Assembly (NCBI RefSeq): GCF_001194135.2 | Contig: NC_068986.1 | Coordinates: 96,767,903-96,830,262, forward strand | DNA: 62,360 nucleotides | Direction: 5' to 3' | DNA from: Octopus bimaculoides | Taxonomy: Eukaryota | Part shown: positions 47,374-62,360 of the stretch, one piece after another | How positions within the stretch are numbered: position 1 is the first letter of the stretch | Layout: every line of letters starts with the position of its first letter | The notes under the pieces: model-generated | Told to the model about the DNA's origin: nothing | What the model saw: the letters and a program-made list of their open reading frames with translations, nothing else | Database searches by the model: none | Position numbers and translations under genes: made by a program

Positions 47374-49269
47374 AGAACTAGAAAAGCATTCGGAGAGCGC
47401 AGACCTCCGCCAAGCAGCTCATTTCCATCCATATACACACATGCTGAAAATCGCCCAATTTCCCAAACCAATGCCGGCAAAAACATAACCTCCTCCCATA
47501 CTTATCTCGACCATCGTCATCATCAACACTGTCTCTGCTTTCACCACAATCACCGTCAAAACTACGATCACCACAATCAGTTTCTTTGCACAGTTGAAAA
47601 TCCATTATCCGATACTCGTGGGACTGAGATTGTTGCAGACTTTTGATTTTTCTAATTTCAGAGTGCTTTATTAAAAAAAAATGCATCTACAAAACGGAAC
47701 AGTTTGAGGATAGAAACCAGATCTAAACACAATAGCTTATAGACATACTCTGGATGTAGTTCTATATAAATCTTNNNNNNNNNNNNNCTTAAGACCATCA
47801 GAAATATTAAGATATCAGCCTCTACCCACGTTGTCATGCTTTGATTAAAAGGTTACAGCATAGATTAGATTACTTAGATAAGTACTGATGACTGAAAGGT
47901 GTAAAAGAGTACTACTTCAATTTCCAGTGCTCCATGATTTCAGCACCCATTCACACACCTGAGCAATTCTTTTCTACTCTAGGCACAAGGCCCGGGATTT
48001 TTGGGGAGTGGGAGTAGTCAGTTAGATCGACCCCAGTATGCAACTGGTTTTACCCGAAAGGATGAAAGGCAAAGTCGACCTCGGTGGAATTTGAACTCAG
48101 AACACACCTGAGCAAGAAAAACATTTACAGAAATGAACTTGTGCAATGTTTCACCTCTGAATTTCTTTTTAATTGTGAGAATGAATCAAGGGGTTTAGTC
48201 GTTACCACCAAAATTAATTTCCCTTGCATTTTCTCTCTCAGTATTCAATTAAAAGTGAGAATATGTTGTTACCAGCATTAAAATTTTAGTAACTTGATCA
48301 ATCTGTCATTGAACAAGGACTTTAATTTCATTTGATACACACTTTGCTATCATTTATATGGAGAGTTGCAAGCGTGGCATATGAAGTCAACTTATTTTAA
48401 TAGAACTTTTATGAGTACATTTCCGTAAATGTTTTTCCTGTCATACCCTGCTCCCCACCCCCCACATGCACATATACGTATGCGGATACACATGGATTAA
48501 GTCGCATTTTGGAAGTATGTTAAAGTTTTTATCATTTTGGAATGAAAACCACAAATACAGGTGCTGAGCCAGTGACTAAACTAGTAGTATTTTGTTGGGA
48601 TTAATCCAATGAATTGACAGCAAAATAATTGCTTCTATCAGAATCATTTACCTTTAAAGCAAAAAAAAAAAAACAAAAACAAAAACAAAACAAACCCAAC
48701 ATATACGACAGGTATGTAGAATATATTTTGTGTACTTCTTTCTCTGTTCATTCGCCCACAAGCACAACGATTCTCCAGACATTTAGCTGTTATTTTTAGC
48801 ACATCGAATTTTGTGGTGAGGGCTTCACATGCCATGGTCCTTTTGCTGTTTCACTATAAGTCTATGCATGTGGAAACAGACTAAACAGCAATTCATTTTC
48901 ACTTTTAGACAGCGGGACAGGGTGTGGATCAATTTTGGAGTTTTTCATAGAAAAATTTGAAATTAAAATCTGTTTATCCCCCGTATTCTTAATCTCCGTA
49001 TTTTTCCATGTAGATTGAAAAAACAAATTTAAAAAAAAAGTTAGAAATTAAAAATCTTAAAAACATGATTTTTTTTTGCATATTTGGAATCACCATCATC
49101 AAAAACATAGGAATCTAGTGAAGAAGAAAAAAAAAAATTGGAAAGGTCAGTTTAGGTGGGGGTGACTATCCTCCAATTCCACTGCATTTTCTCCATTATG
49201 TGTATTAACTTGTGCTTACATAAAAAAACATTTTCAGAAATTGTCACAAATTGTTACATTTTTCTAAGT

Positions 49270-49844
49270 GTGAACCAATATACGTCCAATTATTCAACTT
49301 TCACTCAGAATGGCTTAATACAAGTTTCAAAATAGAATATAATGAAGGTAATGTTGACCTGTGTCTTTGATTCCCATGGTATCGTGTATGTTGAATATGC
49401 ACTACAAAATCAAAGAGGATAGACATCACCTTTGTGATGCTGTGTGTTGAAAGCAAGCAGACATGTAGGTGGCAAAGAATTGGCAACTTCACCATGACAA
49501 TGTGCTTGCTCATTCTGCCCACATAATCCAAGTTTTCTTGGTCAAGGACAACACACCATTTACTCAATAGACTCCCTACTTGGTAGTATGTGACGTCTGG
49601 CTCTTCCCCAAACTGAAAATCATGCTAAAAGGGAAGTAATTTGAGTTGCAAAAGGAAATTACGAAAGCGACAGTGGAGCTACATAGCATCCCAAAGGTGT
49701 TACCACCAGTGGCAGGACCACTGGGAGAAGCGTATAAACTCTCCAAGGGGAGTATTTTGAAGGTGATTAAATAAAATTCGTGAAATGAACAAAATTGTTT
49801 TTTTTGTTATGCTCAATGGTCAGAAACTTTTTGAATGCATCTCA
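49270..49844 (+). mobile_element. Decayed mariner, 3' half
   Basis: KVMLTCVFDSHGIVYVEY, WQLHHDN, DVWLFPKLK, YFEGD; TIR-like end followed by TA. Confidence 0.75.
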
Positions 49845-50514
49845 TATTTGAACGTATATAATGGATAGATACATATGGAAAAGTGAACATTAAATGACAA
49901 TAATAATATACATATATGAATGTATATAATGAGGGTATATAAACATATATATTACTGTTGACATGAGATAATGATTAAGGAGAAATAGATAACGAATAAT
50001 ACACTGATGTGAGATAATATTTATTTATGCATGTATTTAATAAGGATAGTTGTTATTCCACCTTAACCAATAAAATGAATTTTCTGTCATATCAAGTGTC
50101 AATCCAATCAAGTAATCATTTCTTCTGTAAATTACAATTTATTATTTTCATTTGTTTGTGTGATGTTGAGTGGTCTGGTCACATAAAATTCTTTTTACAT
50201 CAGCCAGATGGTATTCTCCAGATTGTTGTTGATGCTTCCACTATGTGTATCTGTGGTATGATTTGTGAAGACTATATCCAGGACATGAAAAACTTAATAT
50301 ACAATATATCTTGTATATCATAAATTTAGCTCTTGATGCTTTCATGTGCCAGACCAGCCCTGATTCAGCAAACCAAATATAGAACTCTGAAAGCTTTTAA
50401 TATATCAGTGATGAATTTGAACAATTGTTGATTCGGTTAGGAATATTATTCTGAAGTATACAATGTGATCCATATTAAATCTTAGATTTCCAACACAAAG
50501 ATCATGGGTTCTTT

Positions 50515-50990
50515 TGAGATGTCATCATCATACATGGTTTTACATGCTGGTATGGTTAGGACGAGTCTGTTTTAGCACAGCATCTCATCATTTCCCTTGT
50601 GAGGTTCAGCATCTTGAGATTAACTATCATCACTTCAACAGGCTCCTTCCCTGGGGATTGCTTGATACTTCTTCATCTGCCATCTTTCATACACCTCACA
50701 TGTACATACCAGTGCAGTCTTTTCTCTCTTGCACACAAAAACTGATTTCTCTAACGCTCATTTTCCCTCTCAATCGTTTCATCTCTTGTTCACACTGACA
50801 TTACATAGCCACAGGAGAATACTAGCTTCGTTTCTTTCCAGCTTGCATACCACACACAAACATCATACAACATACCCAAAGAAACTTATCAACAGAGGTA
50901 ATACTTCCCTAAACTTTTTCCACCTGTTCCTAACTCTGGCTATGTTTTTACACCTACTTCTACTCCCCACTGTTCATTTGGTCACCTAAA
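50515..50990 (-). mobile_element. Decayed RTE 3' end
   Basis: Similar to 34560-35200; ends with an (ATC)n tail. Confidence 0.7.
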
Positions 50991-52189
50991 TAAAAGAAAC
51001 GGTTAACTAATTTTAAGGAGCCTTCTGGTTAATTAAAGAACTAAATTTCCTGGGTGTTTTTATTGTTAACTACTGTGCATCTGTTGCTTTTCATCGGTCA
51101 GCTTGTCTGAAATCCCACTGCACTCATAGTTTATATAAGATGTATCCTGTATAGTTTGGTGGTTCAGTGACAAAAGAGTGACAGCCTAAAGTTTAGTTAT
51201 TAAGTAGTTACAGTGATTATGACAACAACTGAATGTTTGTATATACACAATGTCCATAGTTAAGATACTAAAGACTTCTTGTTAGCTAAAATTACCTCTC
51301 TGATCATAATTACAAATTAGTCCTGTAATTAATATATCAGACTTTAGATATCATAGCATAATATTTACAATGTATGTGTCCAGTATCAATTAATAAAAAC
51401 TGTTTTTTTTCTAATACAAAGGTTATATATTTTACCCTAATTACTAGGAAGTGGATTAAACTGGATACAAAAGTAATGATCAAAAATGGAAGCTTTCATT
51501 TTCCAACTATATTTCTAAAATGAACAACTCTTAAGAAGACAGTAAATTTCAGTTTATTCTGAGAGTCTTAGACCTTTGATTGCCATTCCTTCATATTTAT
51601 TTCTTCTGTTACTAAGGATAAAAAATAAAAAACTGCTCCTTCTCCTGAAGAAAGTTGATACTAACACATTGAAACTTTATACATTGTATAATTCACAAGT
51701 GAATATTAAACATGCTATATTGAATTGAAATCTTCAAAAAAGTTCCACCTGTATACAACATTAATTCTTCAGTCTGCTTAAAATGAGCTCAACATGCAAA
51801 TTCCAGGAAAAGTTATTTGATAGTTTCCCAAATATCTGGAATCATCTACAACAATAGTTTACCCAGTATATGTGTGAGGCTCTTTTCTCAATTCTGCATC
51901 TGATCAAGTCTGAAGAAAGAAACAGACTTTGTGGTAAAGCAGATTTATGTCAGTCAATTTTCAAAACAATAAAAACATACTGAAAGCCAGTAAAGGAAAC
52001 ACAATTCTAGTCATATCATTTATAATGTTACTGCTAGTTGTGTTAACCCAACACTTCTCTAGATTTTTGCTTATAAGTGTAGATGGTGAAGAGAGAAAGA
52101 GAGTGAGATTTATTTGCAAATGTCTTCATAGAAAGAATAAAATGATAACATTTTAATTTCAAAATTTCATTACAGAAAGAATGTTTCTG

Positions 52190-52730
<541 letters not shown>

Positions 52731-53208
52731 TTATAATGAAGCTTCATTTGAAATATTGCCATTTATGTAAACATAAGTTTTTATTACACAGAAATAAAAC
52801 TAAACAACCGTGACAATTGAATGTTAAAAATTCAAGTGTAAAAAATGGTCTGTGGAATTTGTGGTAAATCAATTTCTGAGACTAGTTACTTCTTAGGTAA
52901 TGCAGATGTGTAACAAGTTATGATTAAGCTGTTTTACTACTACTATTTTTGTTGTTTATCCTTGAATATATTAGTTCTTAGATGCTATTGTTGCTGTCAT
53001 TCTAACTACCAAATGAGCTCTAAATTCCCAGTCAAAATTTAACAGGATACTTCTTTAATAAAATATGAACCAAACCCTTCTATATGATACCCATGTCTAC
53101 TGATTACTCCTCAGATTTTATGAGAAATTTTTCAACCATTTCACTATTTACTACTAAAAGTAATATTTCAATAAATATTATACTGACAAATATAAACATT
53201 TACCTTAA

Positions 53209-53425
53209 CCATTTAGCATTTAAACCACACATATCTGGCCTAATTATTATCCCCCATTTTATATTCAAACCAGCCAGATCTGTCCTCTCACACCTAGCTT
53301 ACAATGTCATTCTAAAAATAAACAATCACATCATCAAAGTCTTGAAGCTACAAGATAATGCACGATCAAATCAAAACAGTATGACTAAGCCTTACATTTG
53401 GAAGAGTAATCTGAATGCTAAAGGG
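53209..53425. mobile_element. piggyBac-type MITE
   Basis: TTAA|CCATTTAGCATT...AATGCTAAAGGG|TTAA. Confidence 0.75.
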
Positions 53426-53820
53426 TTAAACTATAAAAGCTGGTATATTTCTACGAAGGTCTACTGGTATTAGGGTTAGGGGTTACACTTTGTGAGAAAG
53501 TATGGTGGGTCACTACCATATCCTCCAATTACAAACGACACAGTTAGCAATGAGTAGACTTCATCAATATTTTAATAAATGCACATGATGTAACATGCAT
53601 TCCATATTCCCATCTTAATAAAATGCAGCGACCTGTGTTCCCTGCAAAAAAGGTTTAAAATTAGAATGGTTCTCTTTGGCAATGGTGCAACATCAACTAC
53701 ACTCTTCTTCAGTTGCTGCAATGAACATTTATTCCTGCTCAACTTCTATGAAACTTTTCTTTCAGTAATATTTCCTAAACATAATTTCTGTACCATATGA
53801 GAAGTATGTGCTTCAGTATA

Positions 53821-54211
53821 GTGGAGGCGCAATGGCCCAGTGGTTAGGGCAGCAGACTCACGGTCATAGGATCGCGGTTTCGATTCCCAGACCGGGCGTT
53901 GTGAGTGTTTATTGAGCGAAAACACCTAAAGCTCCACGAGGCTCTGGCAGGGGTTAGTGGCGAACCCTGCTGTACTCTTTCACCACAACTTTCTCTCGCT
54001 CTTACTTCCTGTTTCTGTTGTGCCTGTAATTCAAAGGGTCAGCCTTGTCACACTCTGTGTCACGCTGAATATCCCTGAGAACTACATTAAGGGTACACGT
54101 GTGTGTGGAGTGCTCAGCCACATGCACGTTAATTTCACGAGCAGGCTGTTCCGTTGATCGGATCAACTAGAACCCTCGACGTCGTAAGTGATGGAGTGCC
54201 AACAACAACAA
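53821..54211 (+). mobile_element. SINE family A, full length
   Basis: TSD GCTTCAGTATA(G) at 53810 and 54212. Confidence 0.92.
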
Positions 54212-55539
54212 GCTTCAGTATAGCAATGACCCCGAGAGTGATAGAACAGAGAATAATATCCTCAAATCAGAAACCTGGCCTGAATGCTTGCAACAGAGTG
54301 CACTCTGCTTAAGGCGTCCATGAGCTAAGTGGTGGTGTTAATCTGGATGACAGATTAAGCCAAACTATCAAGTAGGCTACAGCAACATTTGAATTTTAAA
54401 TACGAAAAGCTAGAACAAATATTGCAAGGTCCAATGTTCTAATAATTCTGTCAATCCACTGCCTAAACTAGTACTCTATTTATGCCATGGCAAGCTTTGA
54501 AATCAGAATGCAAGAAACTTAAATAAATACTAGAGTATCCATCTCAATGCTTTAACAACTCTGCTAATTAATAGGTAGGATTCTGTTCGTTTTTTATATG
54601 TTTTTCGATGTTAGCAGGGTTAGAGAGCATTGTTTTACAGTCATATACCCTTCCTGACACTAGCCCTTACCTGTTTCTCAACTAAAGGATTTCTCATTTG
54701 ACACACCTTAGAAGATATATAAACAGGTGATCTACTGACAGGGGAAGTACGAAGAGAACACCATGCAAGCAACAACTTTCAACCAAGCAAACAGCAAATG
54801 TAAATAAACACACAGACACATGTATATGTATATACAAGTTTCTTTTTCAGTTCCCATCAACAAAATCTCCTTACAAGACTTTGGGCAGCTTGAGGCTATA
54901 GTAAAAGACACTTGTTCAAGTGTTATATAGTGAGACTGAATCCACAACCATGTGGTTGGGATGCGAATTTCTTAACACAGCCATGAATATACATATACAT
55001 AGTCATCATCTTCAACATTTAATGTCTGCCTTCCATGCTAACATGGGCTGGATGGTTTGACACGAGCAGGTAAGCCAGAGGACTGCACCAAGTTCCACTG
55101 TCTAATTTGGTTTGGAAATATACCGTATAGAATATAGTAACTTCTGCTATCTCTTTAATCTGAACTTGGGTTTCTTAATTACTGATTAATCTAAATAAAC
55201 AGTGTTGTTCAAGAACAATTCTTTTTAATAAGTAGCCGTTGCCATACATTCCTCAGCCATGAGAACTTTCCACTGACAACAATGACCCATTCTCATCCAG
55301 GATTCATTGTTCACTCACATCACATAACTATACAGCCATCTCTCATATACATCAGCTGCTGATGCCTTTAATACTTATATTGCATTACATTTCTTCAAAT
55401 GTATCATACAAACTGCTTTGCACTTTTAAAAAAAAATATATACTCATAGGAGAAAGATGAGTACCCATGACATTTGCAGGTCTTCTTGAACCAGTGACAC
55501 TGATGCTGTCCATGCTCAATGTCAGCATGTTTTAGTTGA

Positions 55540-55730
55540 TACCTTCAGGAAATCATAAGCAAGGAAAGAATTCCAGAGGGTTGCAGTTCTAAGGTGGAAG
55601 GATTGAGGTTTAGAGTAGAATCTGGTGAGGAAAAGCAGGAGAGGTAGATTGACCTGTGTAGAGAGTGTATACAGCTTGTCAATTCAGAGTTGTGGAAACT
55701 GTTGTAGCTATAAAAGAGACAGAGAGAGTG
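55540..55730 (-). mobile_element. L2/CR1-like LINE 3' fragment
   Basis: LCLFYSY...SELTSCI...SFHLRTATLWNSF. Confidence 0.6.
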
Positions 55731-57333
55731 TGTGGGAGTAAATAATTTAACAATGTAGGAATATATTTATATAAGAAATACAAACAAGCTTTCTTCAATT
55801 ATAAAGCTCACAAATTTTAATACATAAAATAAGAACCATCTTAGAAAGTATCATTAGTTATAGTGTGTAAACAGACTCACCATGCTGTAATGTCCATATT
55901 GTCTTTAAGACTATGCTCCAGTGTCTCTTGCCTCTTCTAGTAAACCGTTATAGATATGGACATACAAATTTATCACCAACAGTTTCACAAAGATTCTGTT
56001 AACAGAGCAGTGTAAGCCATGCTGTATAAATGATAAAACAATACAATATATTGAATTATATAACAATACAGATTTAAGTATAAGAATCATTATCTTTACT
56101 CCTCCTGAAACAAAAAGGCTTAACCACATGTGAAATGAAGAGAACTTCTAATTAAATTTTCATGTTAATATCAACATTGGTTTTATGGTGTATTACTATC
56201 ATTATTGACAATATTCATATTTGATTTCAAAGGAAATAAATCAGTTATTGCCTGCTAACCACCATACTTCATTGTTATATTTACCTAACTGGAAACTAAA
56301 GATACAAGCTAGGATACACTATTTTATTAACATACTGTTTGTTGGCATATCTATTAAGCTTGACATCAAAAACAAGGTATATGTCATTCAATTAATTTTC
56401 TACCACTAGAAACTAGATAGTAACTGAGATCAGGATGGTTAAATGCTAAAAATTTATACTGATTTACATAAAGCTGTCTGACTGAACAACCAAAACAGGC
56501 CATGATCAAATTGTGCAAATTTTTTCAAAATATCTACCTAGCTGGAGATTGAAGGCTATGCTACTCCATGAGTAACTGTACATGCCAAATGATACCGGAC
56601 ACATGGATGTCAGAACATGTGATGGAATAATGAAGCTGAGATTAGTCATAGGCAACAGTGATCATCTTTTCATATGTACCACAATCAGACTTGATAGATG
56701 AGCAAAAGAATTGTTTCTGTACAATTTCCTTGCAGAATACCTCAATAACAGAAAAGATGACTTCTTTGTTATTGACGGGTAGCCTCAGGTCAGCCTTGAA
56801 CAAACAGTCCACAGATATCAGACTAGTTGGCTGAACAAGGCATGAACCACAAATATATCTTATCAATTTATTCCATGTCTTCATCTATCCAAAGAAATGA
56901 CCATACCGCACATGCTCCAAAGACCATACTGCACATGTTGGCATGCAGTGAGTAATCATACGAAGTGCAGTATGAGAGTCTGGACATTTTGCATCCATTC
57001 TAGCCAAATCAGTCAAGGAGTACTCACTCAGAAAGCGACATTTACTGTTCCTCTGCACTTACTGTTGGTTATATACATTGCAGTACTGTTTTGAGTCAGT
57101 GAGGCTAATGATGTTGCAGCTCTTTCTGTGTGTATGTGTTTTTTATATTTGTCTGGGCTCAGTGGGAGAGACAGTGTTTTAGAATGTTTTTGTAATGGTA
57201 CTCTAAGTCTTATGCATTTGAGTCTCTGAACATAATTTTTTCATTTAATAGACTAATAGTTCAAGATTCCTGTTGCAACATAGCTATTTGTAGATTCAGG
57301 GGGCTTTTCACTCTTAATACTTATATTAGTGTA

Positions 57334-57546
57334 CAAAGAGGTGCTGAAAAGTTCCTGGTTTTAAGGGTATCACGAAAGGCCTGGTTGCAGGCCCAATCTT
57401 CTGAATTCTTTTACAGAGCTTAGGAAAACTGAAGGACTGTTGCAGTAAGTGTGTGAATTTGAGAGGGGAATATTTTAAACAAAATCTTAACTGATCCTCC
57501 TGTATTTTCTTTTGCCCAAAGCCAGGAACTTTTCAGCATCCCTTTG
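57334..57546. mobile_element. Mariner-type MITE (213 bp)
   Basis: TA|CAAAGAGGTGCTGAAAAGTTCCTGG...CCAGGAACTTTTCAGCATCCCTTTG|TA. Confidence 0.88.
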
Positions 57547-58343
57547 TAGGTGGTCCATGTAAATCTGTTAATCATGGAAAGTGAGCTGTTTTGTGTTCTT
57601 TGTAGTGGACTGATTAGGACCTCAGGCAGGACTAATATAGCAGTTAACTGATGTTTTTCTTCAGTCTCAAAGTATTCTGTAGTATTATTTATTGTTATGT
57701 GGAGGCCCAGTGGTTAGGGCAGCGGACTCGCAGTCATGGAAAAGCAGAGGTTAAAACAATGATGATGATATCTCTATCACAAAAAAAAAAAAAAAAATAA
57801 TAATCAGAAAACCGTCCCGAGAGTAGTGCTTTGACTAACATATGGAATTATAGGTCATAATCAGGACGCGTTTCTGTATAATATGGAAAATTGATTAGTA
57901 TTTATTAAGAGTTGATATAAATACATAAATTTTAAATCTGTATAATATATATATATATATATACAAAAAGACATTTCCAAAAGTCTCCTTCAGTCTGAAC
58001 TCCAAACATATTATTCATTAGTGGTATAATTTTCAGTTTTCACTTATTTCACTGTTTCTACACGTTTTGGTTTTTTTAAAATCATACCCATTCTCTATTT
58101 TGCCAGGTATGAGAGGAGTAGAAACCTAACTCCTGCCTGTTAACAAAACCAGCAATTTCAGGGAAGTGGCTAAGTTGGTACTTATTTTATCAACCCTGCT
58201 AAGCATTTTGTTCAGCGCAGTAACGATTCTGCCGGCTCATCACCTTCACAAATAAGTATATATTGAAAATTAACTTAACACAAAACAGAACTCCCGTATA
58301 TGTGTCGAAATATATCCTAACTGTAACAATCAGTAGAAATCTT

Positions 58344-58852
58344 GGCACTGTCATGGTATTAGCTGTCAGAAGTGAAAGTAGAAAAATCTGACAAAGAACA
58401 TTACTGCTGGTTTGAGTTGATTCTCTGGCTACTGACAGCTAATACCATGACTGGCCGGAGCGAGCTAACTGTTTGTCTGTCTGTCTGTCTGTCTCTCTCT
58501 ATCTATCTATCACTCGAAAGTTATTGAAACAAATTTGACACCTATATCAATGCGTTTGAAAACACACAGAGTATAAGGGTACTACTAAATTCTCTCTGTT
58601 GAAAATTATATTTTAAATAATTTGCAATTTCAGAAAATATATTTTTATATTAAATTTGCGTTTTCTAATTTGATAAATTCTACGGACACAAACAGAGGTG
58701 AACGAGTGATAGATAGATAAATATATAGAGAGAGTGAGATAGACAGACAGATAGCTCCGGCTAGTCAGTAGCCAAAGAATCAACTCAAACCAGCAGTAAC
58801 GTTCCTTGTCGGTTCTACTTTCAATTCTGACAGCTAATACCATGACAGTGCC
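58344..58852. mobile_element. Large fold-back element (arms ~150-170 bp)
   Basis: 58344-58516 is roughly the reverse complement of 58703-58852. Confidence 0.85.
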
Positions 58853-61654
58853 GAAACCTTCATTTCAATTAGAAAAGAAAGAAATATTTATTTCTCACTT
58901 TACCGACTATAATGTATAACTTAACAAAAATAAATACAATGTTTTGAATTTCACCTTTGCTTGTTCGAAAGTTATTTGCAAGATATTCTCTTGGCATTTC
59001 TCCAGTCACTATATCACCCATATGCTTCGTATCTTGAAAAAACAAGTAAGGCAAAGAAAGGTGATCAATTCCTGATCACTGCCTATTATACCGAGTGGTA
59101 TCTTTAGTGCTTCATAATTATGTCTATACTATAATATAATGGAGTTTAATCAATGCATTAGATAAGTACTATTATTGCACAACGCATATCCCACTGATTT
59201 ACGTTTCTTTATATACCGAAGTACAATGACACTTCTTGTCCGTATAACTTAACAGGTGACACATTTCCAACGTTAAAACCAATCTTTACTAAAGGCAAAA
59301 TCTAACACAAGCCAAACACCCCCGCTTGTTCCTTATTAATGATTTCTGGCAAGAGCAAGTCGTCCATTTATATTAACCCAAGTTTTCTCAGAAAGCTGTT
59401 ATTGTTAAAATAGCATTTATATGATGTAAAGAAAATCCAAGTGTTGGATTTTGTTAGTGGTTAACTCTGATGCATTAGATCAAGGGCTTTGTAGTGATAT
59501 TCATCCTGTCTTTTGAGTTTTTCTTTAGACATAATACACATAGAACATTATAGCGTTCTCTTTTCTTTTAAAACAAGTTAGCACTGGAGGGAGATTTGGC
59601 TGTTATTTCTAGTAAATCGAGCTGCAACGTAGAGGTTACGTCTTCACCTTACGCTGTCTCTTGAACTGTTAAAAAGTAAAGCAAAAAGTCTTCATATTTT
59701 AGTCTTGAACTGTAATTAGATCAATAGGGCTTGCGCAGTTGTGTGATGCATTATAACATTTAATTGATATAACTTACAGTGATAACATGCATACCTATGA
59801 ATTTGTAAAATCAAAGATTCAATATTCATCTTTTTTTCTCAGCAGAAGATGTATGCATTTGCAATTCATCCATGCTACAAAAAGAGTTACCATTTTTGTA
59901 GTTGACAGACTTACTATGTCAAAACGTCCTTGTCTTGTTCGTTAAGTATTTCATTTCTCTTTTTTCTTTTCTTCATTTTGAGTTCTCACCCTTGCCTTTG
60001 TCAAACGTTGTTCCAAACGTTATCTCAACGTAATGGGGAGAACATTACGGTTAAATATAATTACTGTGGTGCTAACATTAAGTTTCGAGCACCATGGACA
60101 TACATACAGAGCTATCATCGCTGATAGTTTCGTACTTATTCATTTAACAGACCGGTGTAACTAATGTTGGGAAAATGATATAATATATTATCTATGTTTA
60201 GTTATAAACAGGTATAGAAGAAATTTCAAAGCTTTACCATTAGGGAAAGAATCGTCGCCGACGTCAACTTAGACTTTCATTGTTTCGAAGTCTATGAAAT
60301 AAAGTACCAACGCAATACTAGGATCACTGCGCCTCCCATCAAAATTTCTGGCTTTGTGTCTAAATTAGAAACAATCACTTATAAATTGCACACTGAGTAA
60401 AATGAAGAGAAATTAATATTTCTTTTCGTAATGTATGTATGCATATGCGTGTGTATAATTTTTTCGCACGCAGACATGTTAAGGGAAATAACTCATGTCA
60501 GACAACGGCATAGAATAAGCTAAAAATACTGAAGGAATGACGTACGCAACTCCACCCACCACAAAATAAAAAAAAACATTGAAATTTATTTTTTATTTGT
60601 ATTTTTACTTTACTATTTTTTTTACAGAATCGTAATCACTGTTATTTAAAAGACAGATCTCAAGAAATTTTCAAGGGATAAAATGTTACCGCTGGTGCTT
60701 ATTTTGCAATTTTACTGACTTTCCATCAATACTTCTTACTTTTGTTGTTCCTTTCCTCTGATTTTTTAAACTTTTAGTTTGTTATGGACCATTAGTTCTC
60801 AGTTAGAGTTTTGCATTCATGGTCGCGGTTTCGATTCCCAAACAGAGAGGTGCTTTATGTTCTTGAACAAAATATTTCATCTCACGATGCTCTGCGATCA
60901 CTGCGACAGCTGACATGTACACACCGTGCACCTGTTCAGACAACGTCTATGGAAGGAGTGAACTTATCTACAGCACGTTGCTGGTCTTCCTTTTCGTAGT
61001 AGGCGCGTCTCCTTTGTGCATAAAAGTGCAAATAGGGTAGTGCTACTAAGGAAATTGGCATGCAGGACTTTAAGCACATCTTTAATCTAGGCTAGCACCT
61101 ACCACCTCTGCACGAGATTTCAGCATTATATCTCTACTTACGTCTGTCTAAGCAGATGTCCCTCGCGTCTTCAATTTCATCGTTTCCCACCTCTGCTCGG
61201 GCTTGTGCTACATTTTGCATTGCACATTTTATTTTCATGCGGTTTATTTTGAATCCTACTGTGAACTCTTTGTGTTCTCTTCTGTCAGCATGGTCTGCGG
61301 CAGCTGATTCGAAGTTTCTGCTATGACCATAATGACATCTGTTACATAAGTAATGTCGTCATTATGACTTTCTATCCATAGTTTAAAATTTATTTTTAAG
61401 TAATTTCAAAAATTTCTTAACTTCTCCCCTTGTGATTGTGTAAGTGATTGCCGATCAGGTTCACTTTGGTTTAGGTCTTTAAAATGTCGTGTCTATCTTG
61501 TTTTGCTTTCTGTTTTAAGACAGTCGCCTTTGCAAGCACCTTCCACAGTTATTTCCATATCTCGAGAGTTACTTGACTATACAGTTCTTCAATCATTTCT
61601 TGCAGCAGTACTTTCTGTGATTTTTTGCCTGGCTTCAACCCTGTAACGGGACTT

Positions 61655-62059
61655 TCACCAGCAGCACTCACACAGGTTCTATCTCCACACTGTTTGTGAA
61701 TTACTTCACCATGGATAACAGCAAATAAAACTTGCGACAACCTTCTGTAACAAGTAACCGGCAGCAGCATTGAAGCCACAACTATTACACGACATGTGCC
61801 TCTCCCTGGCTCTGCATTGCCGCCACAACTTCTTGTTACAGCACCTCAACCACTGTGTACCTTGAATACGAACTGGTATTTACCATCCTTGTGTCTGGAC
61901 TTTCTTCTAACGTCCTCATAGACTCTTTTCTACGCTTTGTATTTCTCGCACACACATACGTCCATGTTTGTATACACATACACTTTGTTTACAGGACAGC
62001 CTGTCTATTATTGTTTATATGTCGCACACACAGACACACAAGTTGACATATCAATAAAA
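61655..62059 (+). mobile_element. Second long copy of the LTR-like family
   Basis: Aligns to about 7890-8297 (e.g. TTGCCGCCACAACTTCTTGTTACAGCACCTCAAC identical). Confidence 0.8.
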
Positions 62060-62360
62060 TCTTTCACCCCACCTCACCTATTTTCCGGATCCCAAAAAGG
62101 GTTTTCTAGCACATTAGGTCACTGGAATTCGTTCAACGAAAAAAAAAAAAAAAAATTCCAATGATTCCGGGATATGGGGGGATCCGGTTTCCCAATCACT
62201 TTTTTTCGAACAAAAATAAGGGTTTTGCAACATATTAAGCGGTGAGGGTACTTAATTCCATGCAAAAAATTCGAGTCTTTTTTTGTCTCAGTGAAAATCG
62301 CGCGGGTAAAAAGATCAATGGGGGTGGGGGTGAAATTTCTACGGCATCCACCTCACTCCA

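Noticed and set aside
55380-55500. Faint plus-strand TH-GER...YP-DICR finger remnant
   Set aside because: Needs several assumed indels.
56642-57094. Cys/His-rich short ORFs on both strands
   Set aside because: No recognisable motif spacing or splice context.
62080-62360. GC-richer terminal segment with homopolymer runs
   Set aside because: Resembles noisy contig-end sequence directly after a repeat; not interpreted.

Overview
AT-rich, repeat-dense eukaryotic scaffold segment with 7 N-gaps. It is very probably octopus or another coleoid cephalopod. That is an inference from the tandem C2H2 zinc-finger cluster, its HTGE[KR]P[YF]xCEIC linkers and the SINE/RTE repertoire. The window holds four intact minus-strand C2H2-ZNF genes with a single coding exon and 8-14 fingers each (ZNF-1 1486-2688, ZNF-2 17423-18133, ZNF-3 27124-28080, ZNF-4 37330-38127). 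Three decayed ZNF relics lie near 24.0, 46.0 and 52.2-52.7 kb, the last one inverted. All four genes share an identical 15-nt splice-acceptor motif upstream of the ORF, three share a 10-nt donor, none shows an effector domain, and the arrays decay at their ends. The rest is transposon-derived: RTE and L2/CR1-like LINE pieces, at least four SINE families, a full-length dead DD34D mariner plus three relics, a pogo-type fragment, MITEs and an LTR-like family. The most unexpected signal is a set of Penelope-type minimal hammerhead ribozyme motifs. One is complete (30698-30744, minus), sits in a TSD-flanked 219-bp insertion upstream of ZNF-3 on the same strand, and overlaps an inverted repeat that could switch it off. 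Everything was read by eye with no searches or folding, so family names come from remembered motifs, and the edges of degenerate repeats are approximate.
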